Assembly: GCF_037042905.1 (NCBI RefSeq)
Contig: NC_087251.1
Location: 19,470,001 to 19,534,000 of the forward strand
Length of the DNA: 64,000 nucleotides
Direction: 5' to 3'
Source: Lytechinus pictus
Lineage: Eukaryota
Positions 40,978-53,100 of the stretch are shown here, one piece after another; the stretch's first letter is position 1, and every line of letters begins with the position of its first letter. A model generated the notes under the pieces. That model was not told the DNA's origin and ran no database searches. It was given only the letters and a program-made list of their open reading frames with translations. The position numbers were made by a program, and so were the translations under genes.

Positions 40978-41773
40978 CTAAATTACAATTGAAGAATCGA
41001 TCAGATTAAATAATGATACATTACACGGATGAAAACAATCACCAATTCCCGAATGAGTTCGTCATTTGTCATTGTGAGCGAATACAGGATCCATGGTAAT
41101 AGACATTCAGAGGAACATCTGAAATATAACTGTCTGACCCAAAATCTGTATTTGACATATCTTTATCCCGATAAAAGTTATGCTATTTTTTTTTATAGAT
41201 ATTTGTATGATGTTACACTAAATTACCATGATTAACAAATATCAGGTGATAATCTTTGCTTAAGGAAAATTTCTGCCAGTCATGGAGCACTCTCTGTCCA
41301 TCCCGTTCCATAATAAACGTGTTCCGTGATAATGTGTAGGCCAATCCCTACTTTCCTCTTGTTTGTGCCATCTTCTTCTCTCTTTCATCGGTGCAATGTA
41401 ATGTGAATAACAAAAATGACCTTGAAATGACCCTCTCATGTATCCCAGGATGCAGTACTACTTCACTCTGACCCGTTTCCACTTTCAGTTTCAAGGTCGA
41501 GTGTTGGTATAACACATCGGTTTTTCATTATATTCAGCCACCAATCTAAGGGGGGGGGGCAATTCGGGCATGTCCCCTCTTTGGTGTTTCTCCAAACTTT
41601 ACTTGAGGATCTCTTCTTTACGTGAAAAATGTGCCCTTCTTGAATTGAAAGTGTTACCCTTTTCATTTTAGAGTGATGGTATAATGTTCTTTCTGAATGA
41701 GCCACTCCACAGAATTGAAATTCGGAATCGCTAACCTAATGTGATTTACATTGTATTCGAAATTATGTACATG

Positions 41774-42940
41774 CACGCTTAAAAAATGGTATTTAGAGGG
41801 GTCTATGCTTGTACAGTATTTGGAACCTTTAAAGGTTTCCTAAAGCCCCAGTCACATATAGACCCCGGACCATCCCGGATCTGATCCGGGGTGGTCCGGG
41901 GAGAGATCCGTGTTGGCGCCTTGGGCATCCTTGGAGGTCCATAGTGGTCCGTGTTGGTCCTTGAACGTCCGGGAGGCCAACACGGCAGTTTTTGACCGTC
42001 AAAACATCCGGCGTCATCCATGGACTGCCGGGTAGACAATCAATCCGGGATGGTTCGTGTAGCTGCCGTACTGGTCCGTGTAGGTGACGAGTTGGTCCGT
42101 GTAGCTGACGTGTTGGTCCGTGTAGCTGCCGTGTTAGTTCGTGTTGCTGACGTGTAGGTCCGTGTAGTTGCCGTGTAGGTCCTTGTAGTTGACTGGAGTA
42201 TCCTTGACAGTCTGTGTTCTTTTTTCCCATCAATTTTATACAACGCTGTTTACTTTATGAACTTTTCAATAGTTCAGTTGGCATAAACATATGCTTAATT
42301 TATTTAAGATTAAATATTAAAAACTGAATTTATTGTTTTACTGTATAAACAGTAAACTGTGTTGTATAATTAAAAAAAGCGTTTTTAATGGTTAAGAAAG
42401 TTTGGAGTTTTTATATTTTTTTGTAATTCACTCAGAAAACAATTACGATGTTGCGACAAGGATGAGAAAAAGAATGAAATAAATAAAAAAAAATCAGCTC
42501 ATTTTTATGAGCAGATTTTCATTTGCCTTGCTAGTCAATATAGCTGACGTGTTGGCCCGTATTGCTGACGTGTTGGTCCGTGTTGCTGACGTGTAGGTCC
42601 GTGTTGCTGACGTGTTGGTCCGTGTTGACGACCAGATGATCCGTGTCGACGACGTGCTCTGCCGGTATGGTCCGTGTAGATCCTTGTGGAGATGCCGTGT
42701 GTGCTGTCATCAACGCTCGTCGACATTTTATCCGGGGCAAAACGATCCCGGACCTCCCCGGATCATGCCGGCATTGTCGTGTTGATCCGTGATGATCCGT
42801 GTCTATATGTGACTGGGGCTTAAGAGGTTATAAAGTACCTTAAACAGCCACTTTGGAACCCTTTTATGTTCTTTATAAAAGCATTTGAGGTTGTTGAGCA
42901 CGTAAATAACATTTTGGAGAACCCTTTTTTTCTCGAGAGT
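41774..42940. mobile_element. Older small EnSpm/CACTA-like MITE split by the Harbinger insertion
   Basis: Left end CACGCTTAAAAAA, right end TTTTTCTCGAGAGT. GGAACC(C/T)TT motifs lie on both sides of the inserted element. Ends are degenerate. Confidence 0.45.
41844..42820. mobile_element. PIF/Harbinger-like non-autonomous element (~977 bp)
   Basis: Perfect 20-bp TIR AGCCCCAGTCACATATAGAC / GTCTATATGTGACTGGGGCT. 3-bp TSD TAA at 41841-41843 and 42821-42823. Two internal blocks of 21-bp repeats (~GTGTTGGTCCGTGTAGCTGAC) surround an AT-rich core. Confidence 0.88.
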
Positions 42941-43361
42941 TCCAATTCGCATTGTAATCATAATAACGTTTTATTTATCCGATGTAGCTAATTCAGTGAA
43001 CGGCTCTATACCAGCGGGCCATTCATAACGGGGTCAGAAAATTACAAACCGAGCTCCCTATTTTTGATATGCCAAAAAATCGTGCATCTTATAACAGAAA
43101 TGTAAACAAACAACAAGAACAACACCTCAACTATAGGTATCATACACAATTTTACAAATTATAAAGATAAGAAAAGACACACCCGTATTAAATGAATCTC
43201 AGATCCTTTTTTTAAAGAATGATTTATATGAAGCGTATGCTCTTGACCAATCAGATTTCTCGAATGCAGATGACAAAACAATAACTAGTAATACAGACAG
43301 AGGGATCCTGTCACTTTGTACTTGTTTCGATGCAAAACACATGGCGGCAGAGGTTCATTAT

Positions 43362-43529
43362 CAATGGCGTACAGAAGAGGGAGGGGGTTGGGGGTTGGGG
43401 GTCATGGTCCCCAAAAAGTTTCACGCCCAAGAAAAGGAAAGGGGAAACGGTTAATCTCGCAGCTTTTTAGAAATTTGGTGCCATATGATATGTCTGGCCC
43501 CTAAAAATTACTGGCTCATTAGGCCACTG
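43362..43529. mobile_element. Degenerate hAT-like MITE; related remnants near 45285-45565 and 62560-62743
   Basis: Ends CAATGGCGTA / TAGGCCACTG. Shares CCAAGAAAA and GGCTCATTA(C/G)GC motifs with the other remnants. No clear TSD. Confidence 0.45.
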
Positions 43530-43934
43530 CCATGTACGATGTTTCTTGGAAATTGGTGTGGTCCTGAAAACGACAAGCCGAATCTTAACTTTTCTGTATA
43601 ATACTCCCTCGTCCTTCTGAGGATGAGTGCTATCCTAGGACACTTAATGCAACATAAAAATTCGAAGGTCAGAAAATGAAGGATCGCATTAATTAAACGA
43701 TTGCGTGGTGTACCATGGGCATATATACTGCTGTACTGCGTTCTACTGCCATGAGAACTGTCAAGCAATATTGACTGAGTGGTAGAAAGCTAATGCCTAA
43801 TACCTCAGTCACATCTCCGTCTTATTATATTTACAAATACTTGCGATGTATATATGTTATTGTTGTTGGCCATTTTGGACTGGTTGCAGGCTCCACCTAT
43901 CTAATTGCCCACCCATTCTTGATACATCGTTTCA

Positions 43935-45035
43935 GTATGGTCCGATGTCTGGCCGTGAATCGACCGTTGCCCTTAGCATCGGATGTCGGACAGACATCGG
44001 CCGATTATCGACCGATGTCTGTCCGGACATTAGTCACTAACCGACCGATGCGTCGGTCGGTTAGTGACTAATGTCCGAACGGAATGCATCGATGTATGAT
44101 CGAAGTATTGCCAATGTGATTGACATCGGCCTGACATCGGTTGGTGATCGCAGATGCATCGGATGACCTTTATGAGGGTAGGGTCACAACCACTAGCGTA
44201 CCTACGGGGGGGGGGGGCAGGGGGGGGGGGCACTCTGTCCCCCCCTGACGAGCCACATCCCATACAAAAGTCATATACCTGCCCCCCTGACAAGCTTGAA
44301 GACCTTTATTGCCCCCCTGACGAGCTTGAAGACCTTTTTTTTTTTTTTTGCTTGTCAAATTTTTTTCTGGTACGAAATCCTTCATTTGTGATTGAAGACC
44401 TTTTTTTTTTTTTTTTTTTTTTTTTTTGCTTGTCAAATTTTTGGGCGGACGGTTTTGCCCCCCCCCCCCCTGTGAAAAATCCCAGGTACGCCACTGGTCA
44501 CAACCACAAACGTTAGCCCTGCTCAGCGACCGGGCGGCGGCTTTTAGACAATTTCGCCCGGGCACCGAGCGGCGACTGTTCGGGCACCACTGGTTTGGGG
44601 GGCATCGCTCGGTCGCCGCTCAAGATTTAGCGCGGAGTTAAAATTCTGGCGGCGCCTGCTTACATTCACTCGCCGCCCTAAATACGCTCGGTGCCCGGCT
44701 TGGTCGCCGTCCGGGCGCCGATTTAATCGAGTGGTCGCCGTCGAACGATTTAGGTCAAAAATTGAACTTGTTGGGTCAAAGACTGTCGAGCGATCACCGG
44801 CCGGTCGCGGGCTGCTGGCAGCTCAGAGATCGGTCGATGATCTCGCGGCGAATTCAAGATCGACCGGGGGATTACGTAAAAATAGGCCGATGGCCGGTAG
44901 GAGACCGCCCGGGAATCGATGGGTCGTTAGCCGATCACTGCTCGAACGCGAAATAGAAAAGTTCCCCCCAATTTGACCCATATTTGGCCTTGAGTAATGG
45001 GTAATCGACAGGGCACTGCTCGACCTCCGATAAGT
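43935..45035. repeat. CpG-rich, palindrome-dense element hosting the hAT MITE
   Basis: Abrupt rise in GC and CpG, repeated TCGGTCG/CGACCG/CGGCCG motifs and several hairpins. Termini not resolved. Confidence 0.55.
44191..44496. mobile_element. hAT-type MITE (~306 bp)
   Basis: TIR CACTAGCGTACCT / AGGTACGCCACTG. Perfect 8-bp TSD GTCACAAC at 44183-44190 and 44497-44504. Internal GCCCCCCTGAC.AGCTTGAAGACCTTT repeats and poly-G/C/T tracts. Confidence 0.88.
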
Positions 45036-46697
45036 CCTCACAGTTTAAGACGTGAAAACATAAAAAATTGTATTAAATAAATCCAGCACAACACGTTCAC
45101 TCGATCGCACAAACTTTTTTTCTTTGACGTATTTAAACTAAATAAATCCTACTTTAAAATAACATGACTTCCTATATATGTATACATATTATAGACTTAT
45201 CAGAGTAAAATAATAGCTTAATATTACAATATTTCTGATCTTTTAGTATTTGTCCTAAATATTTTCCTAGTTCGATATCTTACACTGGCATACAGATGTG
45301 AATGGGGTGGGCTTGAGTACCAATGACCCCGAAAAGTTCCATGACCAAGAAAAAATAGAAATGACAAATAAGGAAAGGAAAAGGGTGAAATATGATACAA
45401 TGTTTTAATATATTGTCAAAATCTACCACAAAATTAACTTTTCGTATATATATATTTGTTTAATATTTTGCTTGCTCACTTCGCTCTTTCGCGACTTTGT
45501 AGAAACTTTGCCCCATACACCATGGGTGAACCACTCAATTTTTTGCTGTTTATTACGCAACTCATCATTGGATCCTAAATTGCTAGACAAAATACATAGG
45601 ACCTACTATATACAACTTTGTTAATCACGATTATTTTCCTGTCATAAAGGCATCCTGGTATATCAAGAAATATCATATAAGCGGGCAGTACCCTCATGAA
45701 AAAGCAGGTCGGAGTTTACAAGTCTGGGTGTTTGAACACAATAAAAATGAAATTATATTTCAAACATGACCGTTTCAAAAGGGATATCGACAGAAATGTA
45801 AATGCATTAGGGTCATTATTTTGTTCGGTGTAGGCCTATTGTTCAAGGATTTATAATAAAAGCATGAAAAGGATTAAGATTGTCTGAATTATGGTCTTTT
45901 TATTATTGAAAATGTGTTTGGGTCCTGGTGATCAGACTATCTCAGTCAAATCTGATCAATTTTTTATAGAGTGTATATCACATTTCAAACTTGATATACC
46001 GAGATGAAGTTGCATAATTCAATAGTCAGGCAGAAGTTGAATATGTCCGTGACTGTTTTGTTTTCTTCAAAATGCGTAAATTAGATATGACATTAAGTAA
46101 TAATGAATAACAAAAGTAATCTTGAATTTGAGCCGTCGACGTATAATTCAGCTAACGGAGTGGTTCAGAGTCTATTTCACAAATGACCGAGACATTGGAT
46201 CGGACTGAGGTCAAACATTGACCTTAGAATTTAATAGAGAACATCCTTCTTGGTGGTCGTCATGTCCACATTGTACCCTCAAGGGTTCGCAGAAGATCCC
46301 CTTGGGGGTTACCTTCCCGTTTAAGGACATCACCAATCTCCGTGACCAATTCATGTTCCCCCTATATAAGGGTTACATACAATAATAACGGAGGATCACC
46401 CAATTCAGCTGTATTTTCAAAATACTGCTGTTAATGTCATTGATTTTAAAAGCCCTGAAGAAATTAGAGTGATGAATTAATCTGCATGACTCATAGCAAC
46501 ATGACTGAAAATATTATAGCTGGAGATAAGAAAAAATATGCATTTTAGTTGAAAATGTTGACAAGTGTTCCTCAAGTAAAAAAAAACGACCGCAAACGGT
46601 CACGATATAATAGGAAATGGGAATTATTATACAAACTATACTTTCCTATGTCATTGTACTTGAGATTTCGCGAAGTTTAAAAAGGGAGTATATTGAA

Positions 46698-47104
46698 GGG
46701 CATATTTCTAATTCATCTAATGCCAATTCGTCCAATTTTTCCAACCCGTCTACTATCATTTGGTATAACATCAGTTCGTCCACTATTCACATGGTCTAAG
46801 TGCCAATTCGTCCACTCACCATTTCGTCTAATAACCAGTTGGTCCAATAGCAATTTAGTCAATGTACCATTTGGTCTAATTGGGCTAAGTGTTATTTGTG
46901 CAAAATAAATGAAAATAAAATGGATATTAGACCAACTGGTTATGAGACGAAATGGTCACATACGAAATGGTGAATAGACGAAGTGATGATTGGACCAAAT
47001 GGTTATTGGACCAAATGGTTGTTAGACGAAATGTTGATGGACGGCCTGGCATTAGACTAAATGAAAGTAGACCATGTGGTGAGTGGACGAGTTGGCAATT
47101 TACC
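46698..47104. mobile_element. Foldback repeat of short T(C/G)GTC(C/T)A units
   Basis: The left half has TTCGTC/TTGGTC units and the right half their complements GACGAA/GACCAA. TGCCAATTCGTCCA pairs with TGGACGAGTTGGCA. Confidence 0.65.
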
Positions 47105-50100
47105 TATTAAAGAAAAACTGTCAAGAAAGGGAGTGGGTGTCTTGGGAGGCTATTTGAAAATATGAAACGTAGCAAGAAATATAATGTTGTAACAGGAAGA
47201 TATGTATAGCGAATGTCATGTCATATAATAAACTGAAGTTTATTCTTTTCCCAATAAGCTCCGTTATAAGTTTAGCCATAGTGAGATCAATGGGGGTACC
47301 CCAAAAGATGAATGGATAAAAACATATGTGATGGTCGAAAGTGTTCATATCTTTGTCTCTGCCAATTTCAAATCGTCGATTTTGATAGCAGTTCCTGACG
47401 AAATTATAGATTTGATTGAAAAGTTGCATCTCTTATCTACGTTTTATCTCAAGTGTCTTTAAACTTGCTCTTTTCTTGTAAAACCTTTCCTCTAAAATCA
47501 AAAGACTATTCAAATGTCTGAACAAACAGACATTAAATCGAAATCAGGCCATATTTTTAGCTGATACGGGTTAATTGAATTCCATCAATACTAGAGGGCA
47601 AACGAATAAAGTGATAACTCTATGTGCCGAGGAAAATTATCCCCATCGTACAATAATCGGTTCAAATGCAAACCAAGAAGTTAACAACAGCGATCCATCT
47701 CGGACATCCTAGACTCAAACTGATGCCATACAGATAATCTTCACTTAAATGCTGTTTCGTATTTTAATTTAGTTTGTTATTAAGATGCACGAATTCAATC
47801 AGGTTTGTGACAAATACTCTTACGTTTGACGCGAAATGGGTCAATTCGCGAGAAAAACCCTACAGGAGACAGAATATGTGGGACCATGTCAATGATTTGC
47901 TTCGACCTGTATAGCTCTATTAAAAAGCTTTAATTTGCCCTCATCGTATGCTATCATTAGCATAGCATCCACCTTCGTGCCATAAACGCAGCTTCCGTTA
48001 CCCCCAGTTAGTGATCAATTGAATAACGTTTGATGAACGGTTAAGAGAAAACATGCTAATTCCTTCACGCTGCCGGTAGTCCCGATTCGCGACCAATCTT
48101 AATCTTTGATATTATCCCTTTCTCTTCTTCCTCTCGCTTTGCCAATCCATATCCCTTCCCGTTGTGTCTTTCTCACTATCTCCTGTAAATGAATATCGAA
48201 TTTGTCGAAAATTAAGAGCGTCTAATGAGTCAATTAGGGAGCCAGAGAGTCGTAAATAGAAATCCTGGGGTCTTAGGATCGTAAGCCCTAACGACAGATG
48301 TCATTCAGCAAGCTATGCGCCGTTCCTCCCACTTCAATTCAAAGGTAATTTGCCATGTTAATGACATCTCCTACTACAGGTCGTATAACCAATAAGGTTC
48401 CCGTCCAATCCATGCCTGAGCTTGCAGCAGCAGAAGCAACACTATTAGCCAGCGACTAAGATGATTTGAATACAGAGTGTTGAAGCAAAAAATCATTTCC
48501 ATATATGACTCGAGATTCAGAACATACCTGGCACCAATTAGCGAAGTGATCGTGAACATGAATGAACGAAGGAGGATTATATTATCTGTCTAAACAAAGA
48601 TTTCAAAGTTGTAAGCCGTCCAGGATCTTAAGGCTTTATCGACGAGACAAAAATAATTCAATAAAGTAGATTTCAGAAAGTATGATTCGTTTCCTCAAAC
48701 TGAATGAAATCGGGCAAATAAAGTTCATAAGTGTAATTAGAGAGCAGCTGAAGACACTATTTCAATCTAACATGAATACTGCCCCGATAAATCTATATTT
48801 GAGTAGAATAATTGAATGCCAAGGTCGACTAGGCATGGTGGTTTCTTAATGCACTCTTGACCTTCGTTATGATGTAATTTGTATCATCATTATGTGTATC
48901 AGTTTAATTCTTTACCTTTGACTATAAATCAATAATCATTTTTAGTCAAGACAATACAAATGATTATGACACAACAATGCAAAGTTTGGTTTTAAATGAA
49001 ATGACTCAAAATTAATTTTGCGTCTCTTGATTATCAAAATGTAGAGAACGAATATCAATCTGAACAAAAAAAGAGGATTCTTTCTTAAAAATGTGCCCTT
49101 TAAAATTTTTTTTTAAAAGTGAACCATTGATCACCTTAATTAAGAAAAAAAATAATTGAGTTATTCTTCAATCTGACAAACCTGTCAATTTGAATCACCT
49201 GATATTGATTGATCATGGATTGTTCTTTTGTACATGCGTATAATGCTCTTAATTGTCATTATAAAGGCAGAAACGTCGTCAAAGACGTGATTACCAAGAA
49301 CATCGAAAATAGGAATTCTGTTCTTATTGCCTAATTCGAATAAGTATATGCATGTATGTTAATGTACACAGTCCTGTAATAGTTAGATTCATATGAAAAA
49401 AAAAACATTTGTGAAGATCTAAAGATTTCATTGTGGTTTGTTGACGAAATCTCGTCGGCCGTTGCACTGACGCGTTTATACTCGTCACGTAATCAGTTTT
49501 TATGATACACTGTGTATTGCACATGACCGTGGGCCATTGGGCAGGAAAACATTCAATTTGGGCGGAAAACCTCAACTACATAGTCACATGACACACAGCT
49601 GGATTAGCCAACGACGCTTAGTCGCATTAAAGTCGCTTTACACGATTCTTTTCTCTTCCATCACGTTTTGGACCCTCGCTGCTATCTCCTCTAAGCTTCT
49701 GCAAAGACTCGCGAAGGTCAAGCGGCTACTTACTTGCGAGGTACTTACTGACTAGATAAAAATGAAAATCTATGATTCATCATAGATTGTCGTAGATGAG
49801 ACTGTGATAACATGGGAAAAGCGTTTTCTGTCATATTGGCGATTAACGAACGCAAATCTGTCTTATTGCTATGGATTTTCAAGTGGCATTATATCAGGGT
49901 TCGGGCATGAAAGACGAGATTTGACATGTTAAAGATGAATTAAAGTTGCCTAAATGCGAATTAGCAGTCACTTATCGATGTGGCCAGCCGTTGGGTGGTC
50001 TTTACAGGTTGCTTTTATTACAGATTTGTAGGTAACAAAATTTTATATGTTATAATGTTTCTTGGTTAATCAAATGTATTTTTTCAATCTTGCCTTTCGG

Positions 50101-53100
50101 GCCCGAACCCTCGACATTATATGTGACGAAGATAGCTTTTCATTATCTTATTATTTTCTCTATTATTTGTTCTTTTAAATTTTTGATACCGGATAAATAT
50201 AACACTCAAACTACTCATGATAGGAGACCAAATCAAATGAATGGAAACTGACTATATACAATTCAAAGCCGTCGACGACTTAATTAATATCAATAAAAAC
50301 AAACAAAACAACAGCAACAAACTAACATAACTAGCGTTAAGCGTTGATTACTTAGTCATACTGCATGGAGTAACTTTATATCTATGATAAATATCGCTTT
50401 TGTAACTCCCTAATGGAATTGATGTTGCTATATCATTAACGATGTTCATTATAAAAAGCAAACAAACATGGGGATATCGTATGAAGTAACAAATTTTGAA
50501 AAATTAAATAAATCTTTATATATTCTAATTCTGGAGAGAAACAATCAAAATGCCATTATAATTGGACAATAACCTCATTTCTAAGTGGGAAACATCACCA
50601 AAATTAGTGATGGGATGAGGAAGAGTATTGTAACGCTTTATTATACCCCGACTTATGCCTCGAACCTAATAGCTTATTTTTAAAATCAATCTGACATTAC
50701 GTTACCTATTAGATGACGAAAATGAGGCGCAATAAGGGACGTGCAAGTTCTACTAAATTTGATAGATAGATACACCTGTGGAAGCATTTCGACGGCCAAG
50801 ATTAAAACCTTTTCCAAGGTTTTACGAACATTGTCTCGGAGGACTATCTTGTTTCTTCAAATCAAGTTAATTCTCTTTAAGATTCGGGGGCGATGCCAAG
50901 TATACCCTGCTCTACATGAACATAATCAAGGAAACGAAGATGACAGACTATATCACATTACAAAACAAATACCATGGGATTGAAAGAAGACCGGTACGCG
51001 TCATAACCCAACAAGTGGACAAAAAACTTGGGGTCAGTTAAACATGATAAATATCAACTTCGTCATTGTCTAAAAATAAGACGGAGGTTGCGAGAGGGAA
51101 AATTCCCCTTCTAAAGTCACCTGCAGTTGTACGTTCCCCTTTTTATCCTATCACACATGATCAGAGCTGTCTATTACTGAAAAAAAAATTGTGGTGAACA
51201 ATAAGACAACGACTCATGTCTTCGTCATCGAAGTGAAAATAGTGCGCTCATTCGCCAATGTTTCTGCCAAAAATACGTCACCAAACCTTTAGAAGATACG
51301 AGGACCCTCGTCACCATTAACGTGGGATTAATCATCATCATGTATACGGATGGATTGGTCAGGGAAGAGGGAAGACGAGTAAAGGTAAAACCACAAAAAG
51401 GGGAAGGATTGGGAGAAAGTTTTTTTTAACAAAAAAGGTATTTGAAAGTATGGTCAGTAGAAAGAGAATGCTCTACATGTGACGTATGTGTCAGCTGTAT
51501 ACGACGCATACGTCAGTATGTACGCTCGATTTGACGCATAACGAGGAATAATGATGTTAGAACAAACAGAGATGCACTTCTGGACAAATGGGTGTGGTCG
51601 AGGAGAAGGGGGGGGGGGGGTGTTAAGGGAATGAATGTACACATGCATGACCACGAAAGAGTTTAATATTCAAGCTAGCACCGGGAGAATTTTGGCGATG
51701 GATCAGATTGATGGGGAGAATTGATCTTATCATGGACCTATTATAGACTAGGGAAGAGAAGAGTGGTGTGGAATGTACATCTGCAGTCTATACCACGTAA
51801 TGGGTGTGGTCAAAGGGAGATGCAAGGGGTAATGTAATATCTAGTGAATGCAGACTTTGGGACCATCAGCATGAACATCTGCATATTAGGGGAGAGAGGG
51901 GAGGGGTGTTGGTGCCACTGGACTATTGGGTGTGGTCAGGGAACAGGGGAAGGTGAAGAAAGGGCGAACCTAGTTGAAAGCGGTGCGATAAAAACAAATG
52001 GCTCATCTGCTGCTCGTATGTCGGTAAGGCAATAGATCGTGCTTGTCTGAACCGATCTTATGCACTAGGGCTAAGAAGGATTAGGTAAGGGTGTACCTCT
52101 GGACTATAGGGTGTGGTCAGAAAGAGATGAGGGCACACAATGGGACATCTGGTGGATACGGACTTTTATGGTCGGGTTCAGTTTTTAAATGACGAGACAG
52201 CTTTTTGATTATTTTTAATTGTCATGTTAGCTTAGTGAGGAGATAGTTTCATGAGTTTCCTATTTATTTCTTTACCGAATTCCAAATCAATATTTATTAA
52301 TTTCCACAGAAAATAAGACAAGGTGGTAACATAGCATACATTCATTTAAATAATATATCTGAGAATGAATAGAGTGTATAACACATAAATCCTTAGTTTC
52401 TTTTGGTCGACAAATACTGTAATGCATAATATGGCATGGAATGTATATTTATGAGAAGAAACGCTTCATCTTATATACGTGTCATTTTATGCGAGTTTCC
52501 ATAGAGTAGTCCAGTAACGGTAAAAACTTGCTTCATGGCTCTCCACCGTAACTATTCCAGTGAACCGTGAAACACTCAATTATTTTGAGATTTTAACGGT
52601 ATTTTCACCATTAAATTAGGTCTTTTTTTAAAAACAATATGCATGATACAGACGTTATTTCAGTTTATGTTTTCATTATTCAATAAAACCATTAAAGGAG
52701 TATAGCAAGAAACCGATTGATTAAAAAGGTGTTTATCTGTCCATAGATAAAGAGAATTAAGGGCAATTATATTCTGCTATCGATCCCATGGCTCTACCAA
52801 GACTAATAAATTAGGACTATAGGCACTCAGCTACATCCATTTCCGAAATCATCGTTTACTTTTTTTGGGGAAGACAATTAAATCCAAGTGTTTCGTTTGG
52901 ATCATGGACCTACTTGGACGAAGGCGTTTGCTACTATGCCAACTGCCCATGGTAGGCACAGAAGATAGATGAAAATCATTATCCAAACAGCTTTCAGACA
53001 CATGTATGTGAATGCCCCCCCCCCCCCACGAAAGGCAGCCGGTAGAACACAAATATAGGTCATATAGGGACCTTAGCAACAGAGGTAGTATAGTAGACAC

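Noticed and set aside
41829..42740. ORFs with (RQLHGPT)n heptad repeats
   Set aside because: They arise from the 21-bp tandem repeats inside a Harbinger MITE, and several overlapping frames are open
44030..45041. Cluster of GC-rich ORFs
   Set aside because: Explained by high GC, palindromes and the homopolymers of the hAT MITE; no coherent protein features
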